Below, piece by piece: positions 1 to 9,894 of a stretch of 64,000 nucleotides of DNA. Source of the DNA: Methanothrix sp. (GTDB lineage: Archaea; Halobacteriota; Methanosarcinia; Methanotrichales; Methanotrichaceae); the NCBI GenBank assembly GCA_963682135.1, contig OY821645.1, positions 1,920,001 through 1,984,000 on the forward strand, written 5' to 3'. Each line of letters opens with the position of its first letter. Positions within the stretch are counted from its first letter, which is position 1. The position numbers and the translations under genes are program-made. A model generated the notes under the pieces. That model did no database searches and was not told the DNA's origin. It saw only the letters and a program-made list of their open reading frames with translations.

Positions 1-393
1 CTTATCGACCAGCTGCTTCTCCTTATCCGGACTTAAGACCTCTGTCTGCTGCCGGAATTCCAGGTGATCTATCTCGCGGCGCAGATCCCTTATGGAGCGC
101 TCTCCCGTGAGGTTGTACTTCTTGCGGATATCGTCTATCCTTGCATAGAGTTGATTGGTCTTCTCATTGTACTCATCCCTATCCTTCTTGGAATCAGCCA
201 CATTCTTGTTATTTTCGTCCCGCAGCTTTTTGAGCTCTTGGGCCTTGTCTATTAACTCCTTGGTGGCTTTGTTCAGCTCATTTCGCTTGGCGGCCCATTT
301 GCTCGCTTCAGCATTCAGTTGGCTTCTTCGATCCTTGAAGGCAAGGGACTCCTGTCTGAGTTTGCCTCTCTTATCTTCCAGTTCTGCCAGCAT
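1..393 (-). CDS. Archaeal coiled-coil protein (COG1340-like), partial; runs off window start
   Basis: Manual minus-strand translation from ATG at 393: MLAELEDKRGKLRQES...RSIRDLRREIDHLEFRQQTEVLSPDKEKQLVDK; GGAGG RBS-like motif upstream; absent from ORF track because it is open at the edge. Confidence 0.8.
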   Translation of the reverse strand, partial: MLAELEDKRGKLRQESLAFKDRRSQLNAEASKWAAKRNELNKATKELIDKAQELKKLRDENNKNVADSKKDRDEYNEKTNQLYARIDDIRKKYNLTGERSIRDLRREIDHLEFRQQTEVLSPDKEKQLVDK

Positions 394-830
394 CCCCCGT
401 TTGTCCTCCTGTTCCAGCCTGCGGCTGGGGTTTGGCTTCCCACATTGGGGCCAATAAACCCGGAAATCCCATGCCTACGGTGGCATGGGTCTTCTCTTCT
501 TGCACGATACCTGGTGGGGTTTTTTGCATGCTCGATTTTCTGATCTTATGACCGATATCAATCTAGATATATAATCGTTAATCCCATTTGATTCACTGCC
601 CAAATAGCATGGCTCTCATGTAAATGATTGTGACCAAAAGATGACCTGACCATAAGATCGATAGGAGCGAACATACTACACCATATCGAGAAAGGCTTTA
701 CGTATTAACCTTTTGGTTATGCAGGTAAACTGATTACCGCAAGAGGGAATGTTTTCCGCTCGATAAAAAGGCAATCAACAGATTAAAATAGGTGCGTTGA
801 CTTACGGAAAGCAGGATAATTTAAAGAATA

Positions 831-1862
831 GTGTTAATCGCTTTAGATGGAGGGATTGATCTGAAGAAAGCAATACTGACAGTATTAGTAGCAATGGTTT
901 TAGTAGCTCTTATTGGGTGTTCCACTGCTTGGCCTGTCCAAACTACAACTTGGCCGGCAAATCCTACGTACCCGAATGGATACCAAGAGAGCAACAGGAC
1001 ATTCGACTTTGAGCAAAGCGTACAGGGAAATGGTTACTTTATGACCTACCTGTATGCTAAGGCAGGGAACGTCGCGGTCAAGAACTACGCTCACGGCTCT
1101 GGCTCTTTGAACAGCGAGGCCACACTGACCTACCAGAACCTGGATCGTTCAACGCATAATACATACTCCGACTACAATGACTTCCAACAGGACTGCATCC
1201 AGTTTAAAGAGGATGTGGCCATGGTCTATGCACCTATGAAGATCGCGGTCGGCACCGGATACTATGCAGCAAACCCGCTGGATTACAGCTCTCTGCTCAA
1301 GGAAAAGACCTGGGTGAAGAACTATCTGGCTGGCACCAGCATGCACCATGAGGTAGAGTATGCTCATGCTCTGGATAAGGAGCTGGAGATCGTTGCCAAG
1401 GACAAGAGGAATATAACCTGGGACCCGGAGCTTGAATCCGTTGGCTACACTCAGATGAAGATCGTAGAGGATGTAACAGACGGCAAGGCCCATATCGGCG
1501 TACTGCAGGCAAGCCCGGATTACCTGAATACTTCCAACATCGCCCAGCCTGACTTAAGCAATCCGGATACATTGGGCAAATTAGGTATGAATATCAAGAG
1601 CGCCTGGAAGAATCCCTCCATCGAGATCGATGAGGATTACTGGGGAACCTATCACATCGAGAAGAACATGACCCTCGAAGTGCCATACCACCTCATTCAG
1701 AAGAAAGAGGACTGGCTGCCCTGCTGCTTCGGAGGCTACCTTACCCTACCAACAACCTATAGGGGAGACCTGGGGCTTAAGGGCGCCAAGGGCGTCTTTG
1801 ACTGCACCTGCTTCAAAGCACCTACCGTAGCAGAGTTCCCAAGAACCTATCCAGTAGTGTAG
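831..1862 (+). CDS. Secreted hypothetical protein with Cys-rich C-terminus (Methanothrix-type; true start probably ~861)
   Basis: Signal peptide KKAILTVLVAMVLVALIGCSTA; beta-rich body; C-terminal WLPCCFGGY...FDCTC; strong codon bias; T-rich tract after stop. Confidence 0.75.
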   Translation: MLIALDGGIDLKKAILTVLVAMVLVALIGCSTAWPVQTTTWPANPTYPNGYQESNRTFDFEQSVQGNGYFMTYLYAKAGNVAVKNYAHGSGSLNSEATLTYQNLDRSTHNTYSDYNDFQQDCIQFKEDVAMVYAPMKIAVGTGYYAANPLDYSSLLKEKTWVKNYLAGTSMHHEVEYAHALDKELEIVAKDKRNITWDPELESVGYTQMKIVEDVTDGKAHIGVLQASPDYLNTSNIAQPDLSNPDTLGKLGMNIKSAWKNPSIEIDEDYWGTYHIEKNMTLEVPYHLIQKKEDWLPCCFGGYLTLPTTYRGDLGLKGAKGVFDCTCFKAPTVAEFPRTYPVV

Positions 1863-1936
1863 AGAGAGGATTTTCCTTTCTCTTTTCATTTTTCTCAAAC
1901 ATAAGATTTTAAAATATTGCCGTATCATTATTCCGC

Positions 1937-2566
1937 ATGCAATTCGGGACCTGGGAGCCAATTTACCAATCCATCTTGCAGGACTTCGGTTTTTCTAGAG
2001 GCAGAGACGAAGACGCAGCAGAGCACCTGGCCGGGATCCTGCGCGAGCATGTGTCAATGCTGCAAGCCGCAGAGTCAATTGTAATCGGGCAGAGAGTAGT
2101 AGTATGCGGCAATGCTCCGAACCTTGACAAGGAACTGAAAGAGCTGCAAGAAAGAGATGCCGTCTTTTTGGCCGCGGATGGCGCCACAGCCGTCCTTTTA
2201 GAGCACAACATCGTGCCGGATATTGTGGTCACCGACCTGGATGGACCTTTTCCCGCCATTTTGAAGGCCAATCAGATGGGCTCTATCATGGTGGTCCATG
2301 CCCACGGTGATAATCTGGATGCCTTGATCAGGTATGTTCCAATGCTGAGGAGAATCATAGGCACAGTGCAGTGCCGTCCGCTGCCCGGCCTTTATAACTT
2401 CGGAGGGTTTACAGACGGCGACCGATGTGTATTCCTGGCCAAAGAGCTGGGTGCAGCCAGCATAGAGTTTCTGGGCTTTGACTTTGAGGATGAGAGTGTC
2501 ACGCCACGCAAAAAGAGAAAACTGGAGTGGGCCAAAAAGCTAATTGAATTGGCTCTTGCCCAATAA
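1937..2566 (+). CDS. mptE: 6-hydroxymethyl-7,8-dihydropterin pyrophosphokinase MptE
   Basis: Motifs AADGA, PDIVVTDLDG, VHAHGDN, NFGGFTDGDR, KKRKLEWA. Confidence 0.9.
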   Translation: MQFGTWEPIYQSILQDFGFSRGRDEDAAEHLAGILREHVSMLQAAESIVIGQRVVVCGNAPNLDKELKELQERDAVFLAADGATAVLLEHNIVPDIVVTDLDGPFPAILKANQMGSIMVVHAHGDNLDALIRYVPMLRRIIGTVQCRPLPGLYNFGGFTDGDRCVFLAKELGAASIEFLGFDFEDESVTPRKKRKLEWAKKLIELALAQ

Positions 2567-2586
2567 ACAAAATGCAGAGATCCAGT

Positions 2587-3231
2587 CTATTTGCTCATGA
2601 GCTTGAGGATCGCATCTATGGCAACTTCCGCCACATTTCTTGCATTTTGCTCGGCATCGATTAGCACAAATCGATCCGGCTCAAGGGCGGCCATGCGCTG
2701 GAAGTTCTCGTCCACCAATTGCAGAAATTCGAGCCTCTCGAACTTCTGGCGTCCCCGTCGTGACTGCATTCTCTGCAGGGCGATGTGTGGGTCTAAAACT
2801 AAGAGCAGCGTTAAGTCGGGGAGCAAATTCCAGGGGCGATAGATATCCTGAATCCATGACATCGGGTCGGGCACAATTCCTCTCAGCGTTACACCCTGGT
2901 AAGCAGCGGTTGAGTCGGCATATCTATCAGACAGGACAATTGCACCCGTTTGCAGAGCAGGAAGGATAGTCTCAGTGAGATGGTGGGCGTGATCCGCCAT
3001 AAAGAGAAAAAGCTCTTGCATGCGCCTTGCGACCGAGGATTCGCACTCTTCGTCGCAGGTTTTTGCCATTTCCTCCCTCAGTATCCGGCCTGCCTGCCCG
3101 GTCGTAGGCTCGGCGGTGAGCACCAGTCTCCTCTCAGGCATTGTCTCTGCCATCTTTGTCGCAATATATTTCGCGACGGTGCCCTTTCCCGAGCCATCTA
3201 TACCCTCCAGGGTGATGAGCTGTCCCTTCAC
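2587..3231 (-). CDS. tmk: Thymidylate kinase
   Basis: ITLEGIDGSGKGT P-loop, LFMAD, LSDRYADSTAAYQG, PDLTLLL. Confidence 0.95.
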   Translation of the reverse strand: MKGQLITLEGIDGSGKGTVAKYIATKMAETMPERRLVLTAEPTTGQAGRILREEMAKTCDEECESSVARRMQELFLFMADHAHHLTETILPALQTGAIVLSDRYADSTAAYQGVTLRGIVPDPMSWIQDIYRPWNLLPDLTLLLVLDPHIALQRMQSRRGRQKFERLEFLQLVDENFQRMAALEPDRFVLIDAEQNARNVAEVAIDAILKLMSK

Positions 3232-3631
3232 GAGCCTGATTCGGGGCTGAAGAGTGATTAAATTATCGCTGGAAATTCGCCAGAAGAATGATATTGTCGC
3301 CCGATACTAACTCTGGTACATCATCCGATGGGTATCCGCAGTCAGCCCAGTAACCCTCGTAGCGGGCGTCTGTACCGCATTTGGGTTGTCTCATGGTCAT
3401 TGGTAGACAGATAGTCAGTATCCTACCATAAGGACCTATCAACGCGGCCTGTAGTCCCTTTCTTGCACCAACATTCACAGCAGAACAAAATTCTCAGCTT
3501 GTGTCAGCCCTCTAAAGGGACATGAACCGAATGTAGCCAGAATTTATAAAGTTATCCCTGACTAAGTTGACAATTTTCCGGGATTATATTGGCTGCCTGA
3601 GTAAGCTTTAAGTTGAAGTTGTACACTATCA

Positions 3632-4585
3632 ATGCTTGAGGTGCAACATTTGACCGACAAGATCTACGTAGTTGGGCACAAGAGTCCAGATACCGATTCT
3701 GTAACATCTGCAATAGCTTATGCAAATCTGAAGAACGCTCTGGGGATGAAAGAGGCAGTCGCTGCCGCCGCAGGAGACATAAACGGCGAGACCAAGTTCC
3801 TGCTGGATTACTTCAAGGTTGCATATCCTGAGAAGCTCACCGATGCCACCGACAAGAAGGTCATCCTGGTAGATCACAATGAGATGGCTCAGGCTGTGGA
3901 CAAGCTCTCAATGGAAAATATCGTGGAGATTGTAGACCACCACAAGATCGGCGGCCTTGCTACCGGCAAGCCCATATTCTTCCTTAATGAGCCGGTAGGC
4001 GCGACTGGCGGCATCATCGCGAATCTCTATGAACAGAACAATATCGCCATCAGCAAGGAAATGGCCGGCCTGATGATGTCTGCTATTCTCTCCGATACTG
4101 TTCTCTTCAAGTCCCCGACCTGCACTCCTCGCGACAAGGCAGCAGTCGAGAAGCTGGCCAAGATCGCGGGCGTCGACCCAATGGCGTTCGGCATGGAGCT
4201 TCTCAAAGCCAAGAGCAACATGTCAGCCAAGTCCGCCAAGGAGATTCTCATGGGCGACTTCAAGAAGTTCGACTTCTCAGGCACCAAGTCCGGCGTGGGC
4301 CAGGTAGAGGTCATGGATCTGGCCGATCTCGCGCCCAAGAGAGCTGCCATTCTCGAAGAGATGAATAAGATGAAAGAGGCCGAGAAGCTGGATATGGTCG
4401 TGCTCATGCTCACCGATGTCATGAAAGAAGCCAGCGATCTGCTCTTCGTAGGAAATGCAGCCGCAGCCGCAGGATTTGAGAAGGCTTTTGCAGGCAAGCT
4501 CGCCAATAACTCCATCTACAAGGAGAAGTGCCTCTCTCGCAAGAAGCAGGTAGTACCACCCCTGGAAGGCGCCTTCAAGAAATAA
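3632..4585 (+). CDS. ppaC: Manganese-dependent inorganic pyrophosphatase (family II, DHH); start may be TTG 3650
   Basis: GHKSPDTDS, LVDHNE, VDHH, SDTVLFKSPT, SRKKQVVP. Confidence 0.95.
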   Translation: MLEVQHLTDKIYVVGHKSPDTDSVTSAIAYANLKNALGMKEAVAAAAGDINGETKFLLDYFKVAYPEKLTDATDKKVILVDHNEMAQAVDKLSMENIVEIVDHHKIGGLATGKPIFFLNEPVGATGGIIANLYEQNNIAISKEMAGLMMSAILSDTVLFKSPTCTPRDKAAVEKLAKIAGVDPMAFGMELLKAKSNMSAKSAKEILMGDFKKFDFSGTKSGVGQVEVMDLADLAPKRAAILEEMNKMKEAEKLDMVVLMLTDVMKEASDLLFVGNAAAAAGFEKAFAGKLANNSIYKEKCLSRKKQVVPPLEGAFKK

Positions 4586-4672
4586 ATATAATAAGGTGGC
4601 CGATAGCCGCCTTCCTTGTCTTTTTTAAGTAGTAATAGTAAAAACCGCAGATAAAAAGATTGCTTTCCGACT

Positions 4673-5920
4673 TCATCTGCTGCAATGAGTCTTCCCTCTG
4701 CTCATGCGTATTAGCGGCTTGGAGAGATGCCTGCGAGCACAGGGGGGGGCCTCGTAGTAGCCGGTCTCCAGCTTTCGGGCAAGAAGCCGGCGCACGCGGT
4801 CCTCGGCATGGGTCTTGCAGCGGCGGCAGCGATAGCCCTGGCCCTTGCCTGCGGATTCCATCCTCTTTTGGCATTGGGGACAGAGGGGGGCAGACATCTG
4901 CACAATATCTGCCAGATGCAAAATGTTGATCTTCTCCAGGTTTAGCGTGCCGTCCTGCACTGAGCCGTAGACCTCCAGCTCATCGCCAACAATAAGTTGC
5001 TTGACGGTAGCACGAAAGTTCTTGGTGGGCTCGAAGGCGGCGCAGTTAATCCGACTGATGCCATCTTGCAGCAGGAAGAAGAGGTGGCCCCCGGCAATAG
5101 CTTGCGGCGGCTCCGCCACAAAGCCGTGCAGCCTGTAGCTCTCAGAGTCCCGCACATCGGCCACAAAGCCTTCCCGGATATGGGCATCTGTGCCCTGGTT
5201 GGTCCGGTAGAGAACACTTCGCTCGATGGGCTCCGACTTTATGGTCCGCAATGCCTCCGAGATCGCCTGGGGATCAGAGCCTCTTATGCCAAATAATACC
5301 GGATCTGCGGAGTGAGGAGCAAAGACGATCTTGTTATTATGATGATCCACCGTATCCCAGGTGCGCGGATAGGTTAAGCCATCCGCTTCCCAGACGGAAC
5401 TCTCGTCGATGAAGCGCGGCGTGCCCCAGCGTGCCCGCTCTCGGTACGCGATCAGCTCGTAGGTATAGTCCGGGAGCACAGCTCCTATAGCCGCCAGAGC
5501 TCCGATCAAGCCGCGCCCCTTTTTAAAGCCACGATACCAGATTCCCTGCTCATCCAGCAGTTTTTTTGCTTCTCCTATCTCCAGGATCTCTGTCACTGCT
5601 CGCAGGTAGAAGGCCGTCATCTGCGGCGTCTGCCGCGGCGCGATCACCAGGCCGGGGTTGGTATTCATCCCGGAAAAATCGGAGAGTTCCAGCACGGCCT
5701 CTAAGGCTGTAGCCCTGACCTCCTCTGTGCGCTCGCTCTCCAGCTCCAGGGCGATAGCCGCATTGCCGCGCGTTTTATATCTGGCACAGGGATTGAGGCG
5801 AATGAGTTTTGGCAGGCCCGCTATCTCACCCAAAGGCCGAAGCCTCTCCATCAGCACTGCGGCCAGGTAGGTCGTGCACAGCCCTCTTTCAGAATCGGTA
5901 TCATCTATTCCAATGAACAT
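4673..5920 (-). CDS. tiaS: tRNA(Ile2) 2-agmatinylcytidine synthetase
   Basis: IGIDDTDS, GLCTTY, RLNP...KTRGN, OB fold AAFEPTK, Zn ribbon CPQC..CRRC, RRHLSKP. Confidence 0.95.
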   Translation of the reverse strand: MFIGIDDTDSERGLCTTYLAAVLMERLRPLGEIAGLPKLIRLNPCARYKTRGNAAIALELESERTEEVRATALEAVLELSDFSGMNTNPGLVIAPRQTPQMTAFYLRAVTEILEIGEAKKLLDEQGIWYRGFKKGRGLIGALAAIGAVLPDYTYELIAYRERARWGTPRFIDESSVWEADGLTYPRTWDTVDHHNNKIVFAPHSADPVLFGIRGSDPQAISEALRTIKSEPIERSVLYRTNQGTDAHIREGFVADVRDSESYRLHGFVAEPPQAIAGGHLFFLLQDGISRINCAAFEPTKNFRATVKQLIVGDELEVYGSVQDGTLNLEKINILHLADIVQMSAPLCPQCQKRMESAGKGQGYRCRRCKTHAEDRVRRLLARKLETGYYEAPPCARRHLSKPLIRMSRGKTHCSR

Positions 5921-5956
5921 AGTCAGCCTTAAATAGCCGTCAAACTGAGATATATA

Positions 5957-6886
5957 ATGATGGATAAGGAACTTCTCGCCGAACGCGTGGAGGAGGTCCT
6001 GAGGCAGGGCGGATTTTCAACATCGGATCGCTGCTATCTCCGTCCCAGGAGCTTCGATCTTGCCGCCCGAAAGGGTAATCTTTTCCTGCTCCTCAAGATT
6101 CTCTCAAACATCGACGGCCTGAATGAGCAGACAGCTACAGAGGTACGCCGTCTGGCCAAGCATCTTTTTGCCAGCCCCATACTGGTAGGCGAGAAGACCA
6201 GAGACCAATACCTGGAAAGGGGCGCGGTCTATTTTCGCTACGGTATTCCTACGCTCAGTCTTAACACCCTGGCGGACTGCCTCCTGGATGATGCCCTGCC
6301 GTTAGTCTACGCCGCGCACGGTGGGCTCTATGTGCGCATTGATGGTACCAGGATGAGGGAGCTGAGGCTCTCGCGCGGCATCTCTCTTGGAGCGCTGGCT
6401 TCGGAGCTGGGCGTCTCCCGCCGCACCATAAGCAAGTATGAGGTGGAGGACATGGACACAACGGTGGATGTGGCTATCAAGCTGGAAGAGATCTTCGAGC
6501 AGGAGCTGATCCAGCCGGTGAACCCCTTCCTACCTGGAAATGATGTGGTGGAGAAAGGGCCGGTAACGGACACTATCCTGCGCCTGCTCCTGGAGATCGG
6601 CTTTGAGGTAGTTCCCACGGCCCAGGCCCCCTTCAATGCCATTACCAGAACTGAGGAGCTGGTAGTGCTGACCAGCGTCAGCAAATTTTCTCAGAGCATG
6701 CTCAAGAAGGCCAGGCTCATGAGCAGCCTTTCTGCCGTAGCCAGGACCAAGTCGGTGGTAATCGTCGATGGCGAAACCAAGCTGGAGTGCATTGAAGATA
6801 CCGCTTTGATCGAGAAGCGCGAGCTGGAGGGCATTGACGCCACCCGTGAATTCGAAGATCTGGTGGCCGAGAAACAAAACAAATAA
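5957..6886 (+). CDS. Archaeal HTH-type transcriptional regulator (COG1395-like)
   Basis: PRSFDLAAR N-terminal domain, GGLYVRIDG, XRE-type HTH SLGALASELGVSRRTISKYE. Confidence 0.85.
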   Translation: MMDKELLAERVEEVLRQGGFSTSDRCYLRPRSFDLAARKGNLFLLLKILSNIDGLNEQTATEVRRLAKHLFASPILVGEKTRDQYLERGAVYFRYGIPTLSLNTLADCLLDDALPLVYAAHGGLYVRIDGTRMRELRLSRGISLGALASELGVSRRTISKYEVEDMDTTVDVAIKLEEIFEQELIQPVNPFLPGNDVVEKGPVTDTILRLLLEIGFEVVPTAQAPFNAITRTEELVVLTSVSKFSQSMLKKARLMSSLSAVARTKSVVIVDGETKLECIEDTALIEKRELEGIDATREFEDLVAEKQNK

Positions 6887-6931
6887 GATTACTATCACAA
6901 AAATCATATAGATTAAACCCAAATTACTGGC

Positions 6932-7612
6932 ATGAGACAGATCTTATTGATGCTAGTAACCGGGCTTTTGCTGCTGGCCGCATCCTGTGGAGGGGCGGCT
7001 GCACAAACGAGTCCTGCAAACGATTCTATCAATGCCAGCACATCCATGGGGACACAGAACCTGGCACTTTTCAGTATGCCTGATACACGGCAGAGCACCG
7101 AATACTCCTGCGGCGCTGCCGCCATGCAGGCGGTCCTGGGCTACTGGGGAAGAGACATCGGTGAAGAGGACATCAGAGAGATGCTCAACACCAACGAAGA
7201 GTCGGGAACCTATCCGGATGATATAATCAGGGTGGCATTGGCTCTTGGTCTGCAGCCCGAATATAAAGAAAACATGACCATGGCAGATCTGGAAGACCAT
7301 GTGGCAGCGGGAATACCGGTCATAGTGGACTGCCAGGCCTGGAGGAGCGTCTCGCAGTACAACGAATCCTGGGCGGATACCTGGTACAACGGACACTGGA
7401 TGGTAGTAATCGGCATCGATGAGAACAATGTAACCCTGGAAGACCCTTACATCCTGGGAGACCGAGGCACCATGTCTCGTGAGGAGTATGAGGCGCGCTG
7501 GCACAATGTGCGCGGCCTGGACGAGACGGATACAGTGAAGCAGATTCATATGGGTATAGCCATTCGCGGAGATAAGCCCGCCTCATCATCCGGCTTTAGG
7601 CACGTAGACTGA
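6932..7612 (+). CDS. Secreted C39 family peptidase
   Basis: Signal peptide; QSTEYSCGAAA catalytic Cys, GHWMVVIG His, LEDP Asp. Confidence 0.85.
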   Translation: MRQILLMLVTGLLLLAASCGGAAAQTSPANDSINASTSMGTQNLALFSMPDTRQSTEYSCGAAAMQAVLGYWGRDIGEEDIREMLNTNEESGTYPDDIIRVALALGLQPEYKENMTMADLEDHVAAGIPVIVDCQAWRSVSQYNESWADTWYNGHWMVVIGIDENNVTLEDPYILGDRGTMSREEYEARWHNVRGLDETDTVKQIHMGIAIRGDKPASSSGFRHVD

Positions 7613-7613
7613 G

Positions 7614-8585
7614 ATGAAAATGAAATCGATAATGGATAGGATCAAGAAATCGGGCAGGGTATTTGTCTTCGGCATAGCCGGGGACAGCGGATCTGGGAAG
7701 ACCACCATCTCACGCGGCATAAAGAGGATATTGGGTGAGGAGATGGTCTGCTCCTTCTCCATGGACGACTATCACAGCCTGGACCGAAAGGCGAGAAAAG
7801 AGCGTAATATCACGCCTCTGCACCCTGAGGCCAACCATCTGGATATGCTGGCGGATCATCTGGAGCAGTTGCGTCGCGGGCAGGCCATAGCCAAGCCGGT
7901 CTATGATCACAGCATTGGTGAGATGAGTGGTACAGTGCCCTTCGGCCCGGCTCCTGTGATTATCGTAGAGGGCTTGCATCCTTTTTTCACGCCTAGGCTG
8001 CGCAGCCTCATCGATTTCAGGATCTTTGTGGACCCCTCCCGATCGGTGAAGAGGCTGTGGAAGGTGCGCCGCGATGTGGGGGAGCGGGGCTATCAACCTG
8101 CTCAGGTTATGGCCGAGATATTGCAGCGCGAGCCGGACTACAAGCTCTACGTAGACATCCAGAAGATCTACGCCGAGATAGTGGTCAAGATTCAGGATAG
8201 CCGGTTTCATCCTTCCCTTCTGGAGCCGGGAATCGCGCCTGACTGGTACTCGGTGCGGCTAATTCAGCAGATGCAAGAGCAGCCCGTCTCTCAGGTCGAT
8301 CTGACCATTGATTTGAGCAAGATTCTGAGAAGCTCGGAGCATAATTTTTCTATCGAGTTTCAAAGAGACGATTACTACGGAAAAAAGGTGGGCATCATGA
8401 CGGTAGATGGCGAGATTCATCAGTCCATGATCGCCGATCTGGAGAAGAAGCTTTGCGAATCGCTGGGAACTTATGCCGTCATCAGCGATCGGCGAGAGGA
8501 GTACGTCAATGCCATCGGTCTCTCTCAGTTGATCCTGACCTGGAGCTGCCTGGAGAAGCTGGAGCATCTCCTGGGCAAAAGCTAA
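7614..8585 (+). CDS. prk: Phosphoribulokinase
   Basis: GIAGDSGSGKTT, MDDYHSLDR, ITPLHPEAN, KPVYDH, EGLHP. Confidence 0.9.
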   Translation: MKMKSIMDRIKKSGRVFVFGIAGDSGSGKTTISRGIKRILGEEMVCSFSMDDYHSLDRKARKERNITPLHPEANHLDMLADHLEQLRRGQAIAKPVYDHSIGEMSGTVPFGPAPVIIVEGLHPFFTPRLRSLIDFRIFVDPSRSVKRLWKVRRDVGERGYQPAQVMAEILQREPDYKLYVDIQKIYAEIVVKIQDSRFHPSLLEPGIAPDWYSVRLIQQMQEQPVSQVDLTIDLSKILRSSEHNFSIEFQRDDYYGKKVGIMTVDGEIHQSMIADLEKKLCESLGTYAVISDRREEYVNAIGLSQLILTWSCLEKLEHLLGKS

Positions 8586-8720
8586 GCCAGAGATACTGGC
8601 ATCACGCGAAGGCGCGAAGTTGCTGAGAGTGAGAGCCTGGGTTAGGGGCAATAGTCTAGCCCCAGCAGCGTTGCCCCACTAGCGTTACCCAACCAGCGCT
8701 GCCGGCCTTACCCGCCAGCC

Positions 8721-9227
8721 TTACCAGTGCTCCCGAGCGACGATCTCATCCAGGTTTTTGCGGGGGCGGGGCTCGGGCTCCTCTGCCGGGTAGCCCAGGG
8801 GCAGCAGGGCCACGACCCTAATTTCCTGGGGCACCCCAAGGATCTCTTTGACCTGGTCCTCGTAGAAGGCGCCGATCCAGCAGGTGCCCAGATCTAGCGC
8901 TGCCGCAGCGAGCGTCATGTGATCCAGGGCGATGGCCACATCGATTGGATAGGTCGGCTGGCCGCAGGTCATGACCAGATCCGAGGTTCCGCAAGCGGCG
9001 ATGACCACGGGAGCCTGGCCCACGAATTGCTGATCTCTGGCGGCCCTGGCCAGCTTTTGGCGCGTGGCAGCATCCTTCACCACTATGAACTTCCAGTCCT
9101 GCATATTCCGGGCGGACGGCGCAAGCCCGCCTGCTTGCAGAACCGCCTGGAGCTTCTCCTCTTCTACCGGTCTATCCTGATAGTCTCTAATGCTGCGTCT
9201 GGCACGTATGGCCTGCATCAGGTCCAT
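8721..9227 (-). CDS. Nitroreductase family protein
   Basis: RRSIRDY, APSARNMQDWKFIVV, LGTCWIGAF, LPLGYP. Confidence 0.92.
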   Translation of the reverse strand: MDLMQAIRARRSIRDYQDRPVEEEKLQAVLQAGGLAPSARNMQDWKFIVVKDAATRQKLARAARDQQFVGQAPVVIAACGTSDLVMTCGQPTYPIDVAIALDHMTLAAAALDLGTCWIGAFYEDQVKEILGVPQEIRVVALLPLGYPAEEPEPRPRKNLDEIVAREHW

Positions 9228-9234
9228 GGTCAGA

Positions 9235-9489
9235 TCAGCCCCTCTTCTTCATCTCTCTCTCGATCTCCTGGCCGGCCTCGGTCAGGCACCAGGTGCCGTC
9301 ATTCTCGAAGACCAGGCTTCTCTCTGCCATATCGGCCAGGATCTTTTTGACGGAAGGCGCGGGAATGCGCTCAAACTTGGCAACCTTTTCCGCAGATAGC
9401 TTGCCCTTGGAGCCCAGAACCTGGACAACCCTCTCGCGATGCTTGTTTCCCATGATGAATCCCATGTTGCTGGATAAGTCTTCTGGCAT
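9235..9489 (-). CDS. Small winged-helix protein / putative regulator
   Basis: 84 aa with HTH-wing pattern (SAEKVAKF..SVKKILADM...WCLTEAG); RBS-like GAGGT upstream; just upstream of nitroreductase. Confidence 0.65.
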   Translation of the reverse strand: MPEDLSSNMGFIMGNKHRERVVQVLGSKGKLSAEKVAKFERIPAPSVKKILADMAERSLVFENDGTWCLTEAGQEIEREMKKRG

Positions 9490-9548
9490 ATTTTATTACC
9501 TCTTTTTCGGCGTTAGCTTTATTAGCTGTTCACCTCAATGTTAAAAGT

Positions 9549-9861
9549 GGCGGGCAGTCCGGGTGGTTCGGCGTCACCTGTAACCCGAAATCGTCGATAA
9601 GCGGGGGGCGAAGCTGACGGAAGACTCTGGGCGCTGTGTGCTCAGTCCAGTTGCCGACTATGATTCTCCGTCCTGCAGGGATGGCACCGGTCCATGGGTT
9701 TTCCTGACGGAAGGCCTGTGTACCATAATTGCGGGAACAGGTTCAGGCCCGGAAGGGAGCAGACCCACCGCGGGTAACTATCGCTTACAGGTATATGGGG
9801 AGGAGAAGGCTTCGGGATTAACTGGCATGCAGTCCCGGTGGCAACCGGCGGCGCGCCTGCC
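9549..9861 (+). ncRNA. ffs: Archaeal signal recognition particle (7S/SRP) RNA
   Basis: Helix 8 signature TCAGGCCCGGAAGGGAGCAG; Alu-domain CCTGTAACCC motif; 5' GGCGGGC pairs with 3' GCCTGCC; ~310 nt. Confidence 0.93.
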
Positions 9862-9894
9862 ATTTAACACTAATAAGATCGCTTGTTAACCTTA

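Noticed and set aside
64-543. Plus-strand ORFs 64-255, 155-457, 319-543
   Set aside because: Shadows of the minus-strand coiled-coil gene and its leader
3263-3478. Small ORF (MRQPKCGTDARYEGYWADCGYP...) as a RiPP precursor or microprotein
   Set aside because: No recognisable family and no maturation genes nearby; could be real but unsupported
6932-8585. C39 peptidase as part of a bacteriocin system
   Set aside because: Stand-alone secreted peptidase with no ABC transporter or precursor; neighbour is prk
9638-9889. ORFs overlapping 9638-9889 on both strands
   Set aside because: They overlap the SRP RNA gene
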